64,000 nt of DNA from Neophaeotheca triangularis (lineage: Eukaryota): positions 124,001-188,000 of the forward strand of contig BAAIJX010000006.1 of NCBI GenBank assembly GCA_054600435.1. Reading direction: 5' to 3'. Both the position numbers and the translations under genes were made by a program. Positions 1 to 11,116 of the stretch are shown piece by piece; position 1 is the stretch's first letter; every line of letters begins with the position of its first letter. A model generated the notes under the pieces. It did no database searches. It saw only the letters and a program-made list of their open reading frames with translations, and was not told the DNA's origin.

Positions 1-1035
1 TCTAGCAGACCTCGACGTCTACCCGATGCGGCATTTCATTCCTCTCACAGTGCAACATAGTACCCTGCAATATGCTCAGCAACGCCAGCCTGTTGGGCTT
101 CTCCGGGCCGATTGCTCGACGGCACATAGACACATCATGGCTAGCTGCCCGTCTGAACAAGGGGCTTTGTACTGGGATTTCTATCGCTTAGATGATCTAT
201 CAATAGCTCTGAGCCTCATGAGCGGGAACTATGAGCTATATCCCTCCACCTCTAGACGGGTGAAGCTTGCGGCACGTAAGTAGACAGGCAACGCTCCAAT
301 GTCCCGCAGCCTGCAGATGGCAACCTTCTTCCTGGACCCCAGGCCTTACAGTGAAATCGTGGGGGGACCCCAGATTCTGTTCGTATTCACTGACTTAGCT
401 GCAGACAATTCATCCTCAAGACTTGGAGAGGCTTGTGCTCAAGGCCACGCTAAGACGCAGCCTTCAGGCTCCTCCACTAAGTCAGCTCGACCCCTGCAAG
501 GCTACTCAGTGCTAACAGACAGATCCATACTCAACCTTGCAGCACCTTTTCGATAGTCTCATGAATCCCTCGCCTTGTACGGACAAATGACGCCGCTACG
601 CTGCTTTGGATAGTGAGAGGCTATACAATTGCCCGGTTCAGCCAGTCTTTCAGCAAATCAATCCTGTTTACATCTTGGCGGCAATGGTGATTGGCTTCAT
701 CAGGCCAATTCCACTCCAAGATTGGATGGCTCTAGACTATTCCTGGCGGTATAGACTTCTCACATGCGGCCGGCTTGCATGGCACAGCAGATGTCATTTT
801 GCGGATAACTGCCTCGATCTCACGCGTATGCCGTAAGAAATACCCTCCATCACAGCCGGAGACAGGCTGAGTGGCGATTTCAATGCCTGTCACCGGTGCT
901 GGTGGGCGGTATGGTCCGGATCGGGCATGCTTGAGCTCTGTGGGATGATGACTGCAGAGGAGCAGTTCGCGACTTCCACGCAGGCTCCGTGGTGAACTGG
1001 GCATCAAGGTGCACTACTTGAGCGAGCGAAATGGG

Positions 1036-1042
1036 TATATAA
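1036..1042 (+). promoter_or_regulatory. Putative TATA box of the secreted-protein gene
   Basis: TATATAA ~155 nt upstream of the ATG at 1195, followed by a pyrimidine-rich leader. Confidence 0.5.
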
Positions 1043-1194
1043 CTACCTACCCTTCACCAATTCCAGCACCTCCTTCCTCAGCATCGAGCAGCCACTTCAA
1101 TCGTTCTTCACTTTCGCTCTTCACATTCGCTCTCGGCAACATATTTATATCCCACATCCCACATCCCACCTCGACCCAAGACCCAGACCCAATC

Positions 1195-2168
1195 ATGAAG
1201 TTCACCACCGCACTCCTGGCGCTCATCGCCTCCGTCAGCTTCGTAGCTGCAACTCCTACCGACAAGGAGACCCCCCCACCGGAGGAGTACAAGCCGCCGG
1301 TCCTCACCACCATCTGCAAGGACTACCCAACCTGCTCGGCTGTGTAAGCGTCGCTCTAACAGTGCCATGTCGCTTGATCGTAGGCTGACAGGGTGATAGC
1401 TACAAGACCAAGACCAAGTCATACGAGCAGCCGACAACCAAATATTAGTATGGCTCTTGGTTTTGGAAATAGCTACGAGGCCCCAATACGCTAACCGTAA
1501 CCCAAGCACGACCACCATCATCAAGCACGTCACCAAGACTACCGAGGTAAGTCCCAACCCAATAAAGTCTGATTGAAGCACGCCTTGCTAACTTTTCTTT
1601 CAGGTTCCAACGACAGTCTACTCGACGTTCGAGAAGAAGAAGACCAAGTACATCACTTCGACCAAGACCAAAACCATCAAGGCAAGCTCTTCGTGTGCTC
1701 GCTTGTCAACAGCCAGAAACGTGCTAACCTTCGTGTAGGTCCCGGAAGTCAAGCACACCCACACAAGTAAGCCCATGCTGCTCCTTCCAGATCGTCGATT
1801 ACTTTTGCTAATAACCCCTCTATAGGAGTCTGCTACAACAAGCCGATCAAGTACACAACCTACAAAGAGGTCGAGAAGAAGTACCCTGTCACAGACTCCT
1901 CCGTCTACACCAAACACTACACCAAGGCCTACCCCAGCAAAGTGCACTCCACCTACGTTACCGATAAGCCCGTAAGTAACCCTCTCAGCCACAACCAACA
2001 CCACCCCTCACCCCTCGAACAGCCAGCTAACGAGGTCCCCAGTACCCTCAAAAGACCTCCGACGTCAAGACCGAAACTAAATACCACACCTACTCGGAGA
2101 AGAAGAAGGAGTGCAAGAACGAGCACAAGTGCGAGACCAAGACCGTCGACCCGAAGCACCCCTACTAA
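1195..2168 (+). CDS. Small secreted Thr/Lys/Tyr-rich protein of unknown function, 7 exons, ~204 aa
   Basis: Signal peptide MKFTTALLALIASVSFVAA. Exons 1195-1343, 1400-1447, 1507-1546, 1604-1681, 1739-1766, 1826-1971 and 2043-2168 join into one open frame (615 nt) ending ...VDPKHPY*. Introns carry CTRAY-type branch sites; intron 4 (1682-1738) uses a GC donor. Confidence 0.8.
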
Positions 2169-3177
2169 ACTCCCAAGCAAACTTCGGGCTGCTGTCCCGA
2201 GAACGCTGGAGCTGCTGGCGGGTTTGAGGACGATTTTTGAAAGCTCTTATGTGTATACGATGATTGACGGATCACGGTTTCTCACGACAGCGATATGAGT
2301 TGGGGTGTTGCATTGCTTGAGGACGCTCACTACTTGCTTGGCTATCTTTGATTCGAGCAGCGGTTTTGGGGGGTTTGGGGGATAGTTAATGATATTCTTC
2401 GATTCTGGACACATTTCTTGCCGTCGTTTTCCGTCTTCTTGAGCTTGCTAGGACTCGTTGGTTCATGCCTTCGGCTCGAGGGCTGTCTGACATTTCACTG
2501 TTTGTTGCGGTTGCCATGGCTGCCCTTTTTTTCTCGCGGTGAGCGTTGTGATTGGAGGTACGCAAGCGTCACAAATCTGGCCGAGTGCGATCTCTCGACC
2601 GTAGCTCCGTCTCTACGGAACTGGGACAGCTCCCCGCGAAGTCCCACGCGTTTCGAACGGCGCGAAAGGCGCACCTCCCCAGTAGCCCATGCCCTAACAT
2701 TTCAGTCGAAGGAGCCGCAACCCACCGAGACCACCACGTACATCCGACACCGGCTTTGGACTTCACTATGGGCGAGAGAGCAAGGGTTGAGCGGCTGCTC
2801 AAGCGGTGTCCAAAGTTTCTCGCCCTGGTCTCAAGGGCTTCCGGATTGTAAGGGTCTTGGACTCGGCTGACTGGATATCCGATGGGTTTTCCGAACCGTT
2901 TGTCCTGTGGCACGTTGAGACTCTGGAGGAGACGGGCTACGGGCTGGGTAAGTGCGCGCCGGTAGGTAATTTTGGGATTCTGTGGCTCGAATCGATGGTG
3001 CGGTGCGTATCTGGTAACTGCCACGAGGCGAGGCAAACGTTGTCGTGTTCGCATGAGCACCGTAAAACCCAACTCTAAAGGGTCGAGCCTGACAGGTAGA
3101 GAGGAATGTACACAGCGCTATGGTATATTTTCACAAGCAGAACCCAGCACAACATTATCCAAGCGCAACACGCCCCT

Positions 3178-3843
3178 TCACTTCCCGTCTATCCTCCCTT
3201 CCTCCCCATCCTTCTCCATCTTAGCAACCCTCTCGGCAATCCCCTCCTTCAAATCACTCAAGCCAGGCTTCCCATCCTTCTTGGCCAAAACCTCCGCGAT
3301 CCAGCCTTCAATCTCGCGATCCGCGCTACCTTCATCCCCGCCGTAGACATCGTACCCCAGACTGCTCCTGACCCCTTGCCGCAAGTCCTCCAAGTCCGCG
3401 ACGTCGAAGTACGTCGCTGCGGCCCCTATGCCTAGCATGGCCGTGGAGCTCACGAGTAAAGTCGCCAGTCCTAATGCTTGTATGGCTTCGATAGCGGGCT
3501 CGGACTTACCGCCAGCAGGGCTGTTGGGGCTTTGGCTGATGTGGGAGGAGGTCGTGAAAGTGCGCGGGTAGGTCGCGAGTTGTCTTCGTCGGGTCGAGCG
3601 GCGGGTTATGATTAGGGAGAGCATTGTGAAGGCCAGGCCGCCGTAAAGAAGAGCGTTCTGCCGGCGGAAGCGGTGGGCGGCGTCGATGCGCTGAGCCGGT
3701 GGGGTGGGTGGGGGGAGGGTGGTTTCATCTCGCGGTTGTTCAGGTGAGGAGGCGGAATGCTGTTGGCGAGCGCGCAAGTCGCCAGGGGCGAGGTATCGAT
3801 CCCAAAACGACATCCATGTGGTTTGCTGGCTGGTGTCGGCCAT
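3178..3843 (-). CDS. AIM11: Altered inheritance of mitochondria protein 11-like membrane protein
   Basis: 221-aa ORF with two hydrophobic segments (LLYGGLAFTMLSLIITRR; ALGLATLLVSSTAMLGIG) followed by FDVADLEDLR, matching the Aim11 family pattern. Divergent from COX13. Confidence 0.7.
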   Translation of the reverse strand: MADTSQQTTWMSFWDRYLAPGDLRARQQHSASSPEQPRDETTLPPPTPPAQRIDAAHRFRRQNALLYGGLAFTMLSLIITRRSTRRRQLATYPRTFTTSSHISQSPNSPAGGKSEPAIEAIQALGLATLLVSSTAMLGIGAAATYFDVADLEDLRQGVRSSLGYDVYGGDEGSADREIEGWIAEVLAKKDGKPGLSDLKEGIAERVAKMEKDGEEGRIDGK

Positions 3844-4084
3844 ATAGACCTACGGCAATGAGGGCGCGAAGGTTGTCGTCGTCGACCTTCCTTCCCGATG
3901 CGGTCGGCTGCCAAGACATGCTGCAGCCCTAACCCTAGTCAGCCTACTGCCGGCTTCTCCCGTCCGACTTCGAGCTCACCTCAAGCCATTGACTGCAGCC
4001 GACTTGACCTCACCTCACATACAACCACTCTCCACTCCTCCCACCACCACCACTGTTACCCAGCTTTCGACTACTATACCCAAA

Positions 4085-4882
4085 ATGCTCGGTCTTCGCG
4101 CACTCCGCACCGGCGGCGCCCCCGCTTTCCGTAGTGCAACCATCCGCCAGCCCGTGTCCCGCAGGTTCGTAGGAGGTATTGGCGAGAAGGGCCTTGAAGG
4201 CGCTGCGGACAACGCTTTCAACCGCGAGCGTGCGGCTGTCAAGGAGCACGCTGCTGCCACCAGTGGTGAGTGTTTTGCGCCCTTGTGAGCAGAGGTTGAG
4301 ACGAAGGGGGGTGGGACGCTCGGGGAGGAAGCAATGGGAGGCATTCAGCGGAAGCAACTGGAATGCTTAAAGATCTTGGGAGAGAAGGACGGGAGACTAG
4401 AACTGCGGTGGTCGTTGTTCAAAAAATGTCCACCACAATCCACTAACCAACGCCCACTCTACAGGCACTTGGCGCAAGCTTTCCATCTACGTCGTCATCC
4501 CCGCTGTCATCCTCGGCGGCGTCAACGCCTACCGTTTGTGGACAGAGCATTGGGAGCACTGGGCTCACGAGCCCCCGCTCGAGGAGCGCGTCGAGTACCC
4601 TTACCAGAACATCAGGACGAAGAACTTCTTTTGGGGGGATGGCGATAAGGTACGTTGGGCTCTCGTTTATGGTATAGGGGGTCTTGGTTGGATAGTTGGG
4701 TCCTTAAACTGGAGAAGAGAGGAGTGCCGTTTGTAACATACGGGGGGGATAGCAGCGTTCGGAGCCTACATCAGAAAGGGCGGGATTTGATGATAGACGT
4801 TGCATGCTTGCTAACCCTTCCGATTCCCCCGCAGACTCTCTTCTGGAACCCCACGGTCAACCACCACAAGCAGGACGAGTAG
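4085..4882 (+). CDS. COX13: Cytochrome c oxidase subunit VIa, 3 exons, 137 aa
   Basis: Exons 4085-4265, 4465-4649, 4835-4882. Mitochondrial presequence, then AFNRERAAVKEHAAAT, TWRKLSIYV, EHWEHW and YPYQNIRTKNFFWGDGDKTLFWN. COX13 is a known MAT-linked gene. Confidence 0.95.
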
Positions 4883-7248
4883 ATCATTTCTTGGAGAAGA
4901 GTAGGTGTTACGGAAGAAGCTGGAGAATAGCTGAAATGGCAGTGGCCGCGGGCGAGAAGGCGCGACGCTCTCGTACAACGAGCAAGGCAGGCACTGTGTA
5001 CATAACCTGGGCAAATTGCTGCAATGGAGTCTTCTTTGTTCGTTACGATTCAGTGGTCATTTCATCTGGTCTTATGCTTGCGACATGCGTCTCGGTATGT
5101 TTGCTTTGTTACCGAACGACTCAAAGACGAGGCGCGCATCATAGCGCGAGCGCCTCATTTCGAACCTCACAACAGCAGCCACTACCAACCTTTGCAGCTC
5201 CATCCAAACCACGGCCAAGCCCCCACAGCGCACTCGAGCAACCATCCCACCCATCCATTTCCAAAACGATGAAGTCGTCCGAGAACCTAGCGTCTCAAAC
5301 CATCTCCGCACCCGCTCCAAACCAGCATCAACAAATCCCTCTTGAGCCTGGGCCTCAATCCGCAACATCAGATCCTCCCCTTCCGCCCAATCACTCGGGG
5401 TAGTTCAGCTGCCCGAACTTGCCTCCTTTACCCCCAGCACCACAGAACGCCCGAAACGCCCGCCAATCTGCCCGCCTAACTTGCCCTTAACATCGCTATC
5501 CCAAGCTTCTCGGCATTGAAAAGCTTACGTGCTAGTCTCGAAATTCCGCATAGGGTGTTAAGAAGTTCGGGGAAAGTCTTTTCTTGGTTATCTGCCTAAC
5601 GCGCTCGCTGGCCACGAGCTTGAGGAGCTAGGAATCTTGGCTTGGGAGTTGCAGAAGCTGATTATGAAAGGCTCGCTGGATGTTGAGGGGGTTATGTGGT
5701 ATGCTTCACATTGCGGGAGCGCGATGGTCGTTGCCTGGGACGTCTGGGATGTAGCTGGTTGGCTAGATGTAGTAGAAGACGCGGCAGGGAAACGCGGCCT
5801 GTGCTGGTGGACCTTGACTGCAAATGCAGCTGCAAGTGAATAAGAGCTCGCTGGCTGCGGGTTACTAACTGTCGTCTGGTGAATACGAGACACTCCTGGG
5901 CCTGATGAAAGTTCGTGGAAGTGAGTGTTGAGGCCGGAGACTACCATAACGAACGGCTATCATCGACATGGCAATCACAGCTAAACAGCCCAGAGACCGC
6001 AAGCGAAACCGAACGCCGATTTGGTCAGGACACCGTCATCCTCTTACTAACCACCGGTCACCTCTTCGCCCTCGTCAGCAGCCTAAGCAACTGCTTGCCG
6101 TAGCCTGATGGTCTCGATCATCCCATTTTTCTCCCTTTCAGCAGGCACCAACTCCCTCTACCAAAGTCCCCGTTACCACCGCATCACACCCCCGAACCAA
6201 ACCCCTACCTTTCGAGTTCCGTCCCGGTAAAACCCAGACAAGGTCACGCTTCCACCCGCGCATCCTCGAGCTCCGACCCAACCACACAACCAGATCCGAG
6301 CCGAGTCCACACATTACCGCACCCGTAGGAACCCCACCCGCCTCTGCTAGCGAATGTCAGTGTTGTGCCGCGACCCCAGAAGAAAACCGCATCCTCGACC
6401 TTGGGGGCTCAATACCCATGCCCTTGCGCACAGAATGTGGACAGAGGGTAGAGCGGAGTCCACGAGCTGGTACTAGGTTCACAAGCGCCAGTACGAGTGC
6501 GAGTGCGAGTGCAAGCGGGGTGGCTTGGGTTCGGAAAGGAAGCGGTTCGTTCTTTATCGTGACACTTAGGTACTTGGAAGATGCGACGATGAAAATTAAT
6601 CGCGGTCGGACTAGGGAGCTGTGATGTCGGGGGCTAGGGTTGGGGTTGGGGTTCTGTTCGGGGTGGTGTTTGTTGTGGGCCAACTTCTGAATATGGGCGG
6701 GGTCTTTGGGGTAGGAGGATAGCGCTGAGTTCCTGTGTAGTATGGGTTAAGGCAGTGGTGTGGTTTCGGCAAGCAGGACTTGGGTTCGGGCTGGGCGCTG
6801 TGGAACATTGGCAAGCCGGAGAGCTTCTGCTATCAAGGTTGTAGGTGAATACCATTCTTTTTGGTGATTTTAATAGGGGGAAAGAGAGTTGTAGCTCCGC
6901 CAGCGGGGTGGTCTTAGGTCCTCTGGGACTTCCAGGGAGTCGGCGCTATGGTGGGTAAAATAGAGGCAAGGCAGAAAAGCTGGGCCACTGATGAATGATC
7001 TTTGAGTGCTCAACTGGGGCAGCAGATACTAGAACGGTCTTTAGCGTGGTTTAGTGAAGCCCTCGCGCCTGTCTATTGCTAGCAAAAGAACTAAAAGACG
7101 TGGCAACGGTGTAGGTTTACACATGTATCGAATACTAAGGTATATGCATTTTGGCCTACAATTACCCTCCTCGGTTCCGGGGTACCTTGACTCGATCCTC
7201 AAGCGAGTTTTTCGGTAGAAGCCAACCTTGAATCCTCTATCCCTATCC

Positions 7249-10200
7249 CTATCGCGAAGCCAAGCTCCTTTCACCCTTATCAACCTTCCCGTCCTTCAAC
7301 CCATCGTCCTCATCCTCCACATACCCCCAAGCAGCCTCTTCGCCTTCATCTTCAGCAACCCCATCACCGGGACTTTGATCCCTAGTTTTTACAGGTCCAG
7401 CGCTTTCTGTTTCTCTGCCACTCTGACTCTCGACAGGCGCAGGAATGGCAACAACATCCCGCTCTTCCAACGCACTCGCGCGCCTTGTGCCGCTGCCACT
7501 TGTTGCAGAAGCCGCGGTATCGTCAACGGTGCTCGCATCTTCAAACGAAGAAGTCGAGATGGCGGGTTGCAGGGTCCTGCGCTTGGGCAGAGGAGGAGGC
7601 GTGGCTTTCTCGTTCCTCGCTAGCGGTGAATGCGTTTCCTCCTCGACTGTCGCAGAACTCGTATCGCCTGGTGTAACGTCTTCGAAATTTTCGCTCCAAG
7701 GGCCAAACTCCGCTTCCGTTTCCATAGCGGCTTGTTTACCGCCGCGCATGTGGGAATTTTGTTCGCCCTCAGACTTAGCCTCGCTACCACTCTCAGGCAG
7801 AGACGAAGCGCTCTCGGCGTTCGGCCGTGGGGGTAAAGCAGGCCTGGTGACAGGTTTGCGCTTTACGCCGCTGCCGCCTAGGACGCCGCCCGCGGCTCCC
7901 ATGCTTGCGCTCCAGAGAGTGCTTTTTGATCGTTCTGGACCTGGGAGAGGAGTACCAGGCGGAGGAAGAGGCTGCCCTCGGCCCATGGGTCCGCGCTCTT
8001 CTTTCTCGGGTTGAAAATCGCGTTGAGATTGGTGTTGATTGGGGTGGTAGGGAAGAGGAGAGGAGGAGGGGTTCGAGGGACTGCCCCGTCGATTGGCAAT
8101 GGCGTTCCAGCCCCATTGGCGAGCGGCTGTTGCTGCTGTCGTGGCTGAAGCCAGGAACTTGGCGCTACGTTGTTGGGAAGAAGCGTTAGAGGCGGGGGCG
8201 TTGCTTGTGGAGCGATTGGAGGTGGATGCTGTGGACGGCGATTGTGAGGAGAAAGAGCGCGCGGAGTGAAGAGAGGTTATGTCAGAGTCGCGGCGACGGG
8301 GTTCTGCAGAGGTGACGGAGGCTTGTGATGGAGCTTGCGAGGTCGAGGTTCCTGGGCGCGAGGACGTGGTGAGCGTGGAGGCAGCATCCGAGCCCTTCCT
8401 TCGCTGTGGAAGAGGAAGAGTATCTGTTACACCCCGCTCTTGCGAGGTAGGACTATGTTCGCCTTCATCTGTCTCAAGTGCCGTCTCTAAAGGACTGACC
8501 AGCTCACTATCGCTGGCACTGGCTGTGCCTTTCATCTGTTGTTGCAAAGTATTCTTATCCCTAACCTCGCGGACATGATCTACAGCATCCCTCTTAACGT
8601 TTTGCTGCGACTGCGTCCCGTTCCGCTTCAGAGTCCCCCACCTTCTCGTTGGAGCCGGCATCTCGTCGGCGCGCACGGCGTTTGCAGTGGCCTGCGAGTC
8701 GATCGCAACGCTTGGAGCAGAAGCAGTAGCAGAAGCTGGGTCGGCAAAGGAGGGTGAGCGAAGTGGCTTTGGCGGTGGCAGAATCTGCACGCCCGTAGAT
8801 GAGGATGGCGGTTCTGCTGGGAGGGTGGCCGCCGAACGCCGCTTGAGACTCTCTTTCATCTCGGGGGGCGGCGCATAAAGCGGTGTGCTAGCGCCTGAGG
8901 GAGGTAGACTTGTCCGGTCCTCTGAGCTGGTTCGTAGGACGGGCATGGATGCAGTCGACTCTCTCCGCTTGGCTAATGCCTCGATGTCTTTGGTTCCTTC
9001 CTTCTCTCCTTCTCCACGCTGCCATATTCCGCCTCGCACGGCCTGCTGGATGGTATCGAAGAACGGCACGTCGTCCCAATTCGGCTGCACTAACGTCTCA
9101 GCCACAACTTCACGTATCCTGTTCTCGATTGCCCGAAGGATGAAAGTGTATGTGATCTGCCGCGAGCTGACGACTGGTTCAACCTTGATATCCATTTCAG
9201 GCATACTCTCAAAACAGACCCACAGTCTATTAGAGGGCGGTGGCTTCACTTTCACCAGCATGTGTCCAGTCATCTTTTGCAGGCTCCCGGCAAGCACGAG
9301 ATCCACCGTCCTCGCTTTGAAACGTGTTCCCAGGTCTATCTTCGCAACCGCTGCAATCGTGACCTTCACACCGCCTGTATAGCGTAGGTCCATAGCAATG
9401 GTGGTCTCGCCAGAGATGTTGAGATTGACAAGGCGGAGGTTGGAGAGTATAGGTGCGCTGTCACCGAGGTCGATGGATTGTACGGCGATGGAGGTGATGA
9501 AGGCTGGTTTTTGAACCCTCGCAATCTTCTTCTCAATCTTAGCGCGAACAAGAGTCTCGAGGTGGCGTGTACGGTGTAAAGCGAGGAAAACCCGGCTTAT
9601 GAGGGCATTGAGGGCGCGAGTTTCTGCGGAAAGGTGCGAGGAGTGGAGGGTGGATTGCAGCTTGATGAGATGATCGGCCTCCAAGGAGAGAGGAGAGGGT
9701 GGATCTGGGGATGCTGCGAGGAGGGCATGATAGAAGTCTTCCTTCTCAGAGCAGTCGGAGGAGAAGAGGTAGAAAGGTTTTGCTGCTCTGGAGGAGTCTA
9801 AACCGCCGTTGTGAACGCTCGTAGGTGTTAGGACAATCGCTGCACGTTTGATGAAGAGATCTCCTTCTAGTATCTTGCCGCCCGTAACGCCAGCTGCTCT
9901 CTCGGCTGGGGTGGGCTCGCCTTCGGATACAGAGATGTTGTGGTGCGCCAGGCTGATGACGTGCCTTACATCCACCTGCGCTGTCGAGTCGTATAGCATA
10001 AGATGCGAGTGACGGAGCACGACGTAGAAGCAGTGCTTTGCCGCCGCTGCCTTTGTCAATCTAGCATTGGGGGCATCTCCATCTTCACCGTCCAGCAATG
10101 GCTTCGCTGCCGCCGAGGCATTCTTGCTGCTGCGGTCGAAGACGCTGCGGTACATGCTCTGGTAGACCGACTCGCTGCCAGCAGCTTCGGTGCCGTCTGC

Positions 10201-10527
10201 CTCGCCAGTAATTGAGCGACTTCGAGCCTCCATAGCAGCGAGAGCGGTAGGAAAGTTGTAGCTGCGCAGAACGGCAAACGTGGCCTCAGCACTGGCACTG
10301 CCATCTGGACCCCGGAACTTGTCGTCGACGGGCAAAGATGGCTTCTTGCCAGCTTCATCCTGACCCTCATTACTATCTCCATCGCTTGAACGTGTACCGT
10401 CTCTTCTCCCGTATTCGTCAACCTGCGGCAGTAGAAGCCATGCCGGCAGCAGCACAGCCAAGACCAGCAAGGGCAAAAAGGTGAGGCCGCCGGCGAGGTA
10501 AGCGCAGGCGAGAGTGGCGAAGGTCAT
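7249..10527 (-). CDS. NVJ2: Nvj2/TEX2-like protein: N-terminal TM, PH domain, SMP lipid-transfer domain, disordered C-terminus
   Basis: 1092-aa ORF. YLAGGLTFLPL TM anchor; PH-like FYVVLRHSHLMLYD...FYLFSSDCSEKEDFYHAL; SMP-like LNALISRVFL...KPPPSNRLWVCF...ETLVQPNWDDVPFF. Confidence 0.8.
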   Translation of the reverse strand: MTFATLACAYLAGGLTFLPLLVLAVLLPAWLLLPQVDEYGRRDGTRSSDGDSNEGQDEAGKKPSLPVDDKFRGPDGSASAEATFAVLRSYNFPTALAAMEARSRSITGEADGTEAAGSESVYQSMYRSVFDRSSKNASAAAKPLLDGEDGDAPNARLTKAAAAKHCFYVVLRHSHLMLYDSTAQVDVRHVISLAHHNISVSEGEPTPAERAAGVTGGKILEGDLFIKRAAIVLTPTSVHNGGLDSSRAAKPFYLFSSDCSEKEDFYHALLAASPDPPSPLSLEADHLIKLQSTLHSSHLSAETRALNALISRVFLALHRTRHLETLVRAKIEKKIARVQKPAFITSIAVQSIDLGDSAPILSNLRLVNLNISGETTIAMDLRYTGGVKVTIAAVAKIDLGTRFKARTVDLVLAGSLQKMTGHMLVKVKPPPSNRLWVCFESMPEMDIKVEPVVSSRQITYTFILRAIENRIREVVAETLVQPNWDDVPFFDTIQQAVRGGIWQRGEGEKEGTKDIEALAKRRESTASMPVLRTSSEDRTSLPPSGASTPLYAPPPEMKESLKRRSAATLPAEPPSSSTGVQILPPPKPLRSPSFADPASATASAPSVAIDSQATANAVRADEMPAPTRRWGTLKRNGTQSQQNVKRDAVDHVREVRDKNTLQQQMKGTASASDSELVSPLETALETDEGEHSPTSQERGVTDTLPLPQRRKGSDAASTLTTSSRPGTSTSQAPSQASVTSAEPRRRDSDITSLHSARSFSSQSPSTASTSNRSTSNAPASNASSQQRSAKFLASATTAATAARQWGWNAIANRRGSPSNPSSSPLPYHPNQHQSQRDFQPEKEERGPMGRGQPLPPPGTPLPGPERSKSTLWSASMGAAGGVLGGSGVKRKPVTRPALPPRPNAESASSLPESGSEAKSEGEQNSHMRGGKQAAMETEAEFGPWSENFEDVTPGDTSSATVEEETHSPLARNEKATPPPLPKRRTLQPAISTSSFEDASTVDDTAASATSGSGTRRASALEERDVVAIPAPVESQSGRETESAGPVKTRDQSPGDGVAEDEGEEAAWGYVEDEDDGLKDGKVDKGERSLASR

Positions 10528-11116
10528 AGTCCAGCATGTTGCCTCTCACGCATTCCAAATTCGCAGTGTCCGTCCAGAGTCGGTGGCGGTGAGGTGTGGT
10601 TTGGATAGGGTAGTGGTGGTGGTGTCTTGATGACCGCTTTGGGTTGGCGGTTGGATCGAGCTTGGCAGTCGTGGATATCCGACCGAATCGAGAGCTCGAG
10701 TGGAGCCGCGCCGTGGAAGGATATTCGTTGGTAGCACTGGGCCGGCGCGCTTGCCATCAAAGGCTAATCTATTTAGCTTCTACTCTATCTCGACTTCTTT
10801 TCCATCTCTACGACTGTGCTCTATGCCTGCCATGTCTCGCATTACCATGTCAGAGCTGAAACCAGCATCAGGGCGTACAATGTATACGGTGATCTCGTAC
10901 GCGTCTTTACTGGCTTCTCACAGCAGGTCGGTCTTTCGAGGATCGTACCGTAAGAGGAGCGACTTTGCACGTTAGAAGATGTGTTGAAAGCTGGGGAATG
11001 AACGGCATATTTGAGCATGTCTAGCAACTAGCATTCCACACTAACGAGTGTTGCCATTCCTGCGCTGGTCTCAACCCCCTGACCGGAAGCGGATTTGCTG
11101 TCTCCGACTTCTTCCC

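Noticed and set aside
2418..3078. Overlapping 90-167 aa ORFs between the secreted-protein gene and AIM11
   Set aside because: No recognisable motifs and no consistent exon model; they could be UTR or spurious.
5050..7130. Telomerase RNA candidate (right size; GAGTTGTAGCTC resembles a P6.1 hairpin)
   Set aside because: No template of about 1.5 TTAGGG repeats on either strand; the best match is only TAGGGTT near 6636. Kept only as an unexplained interval.
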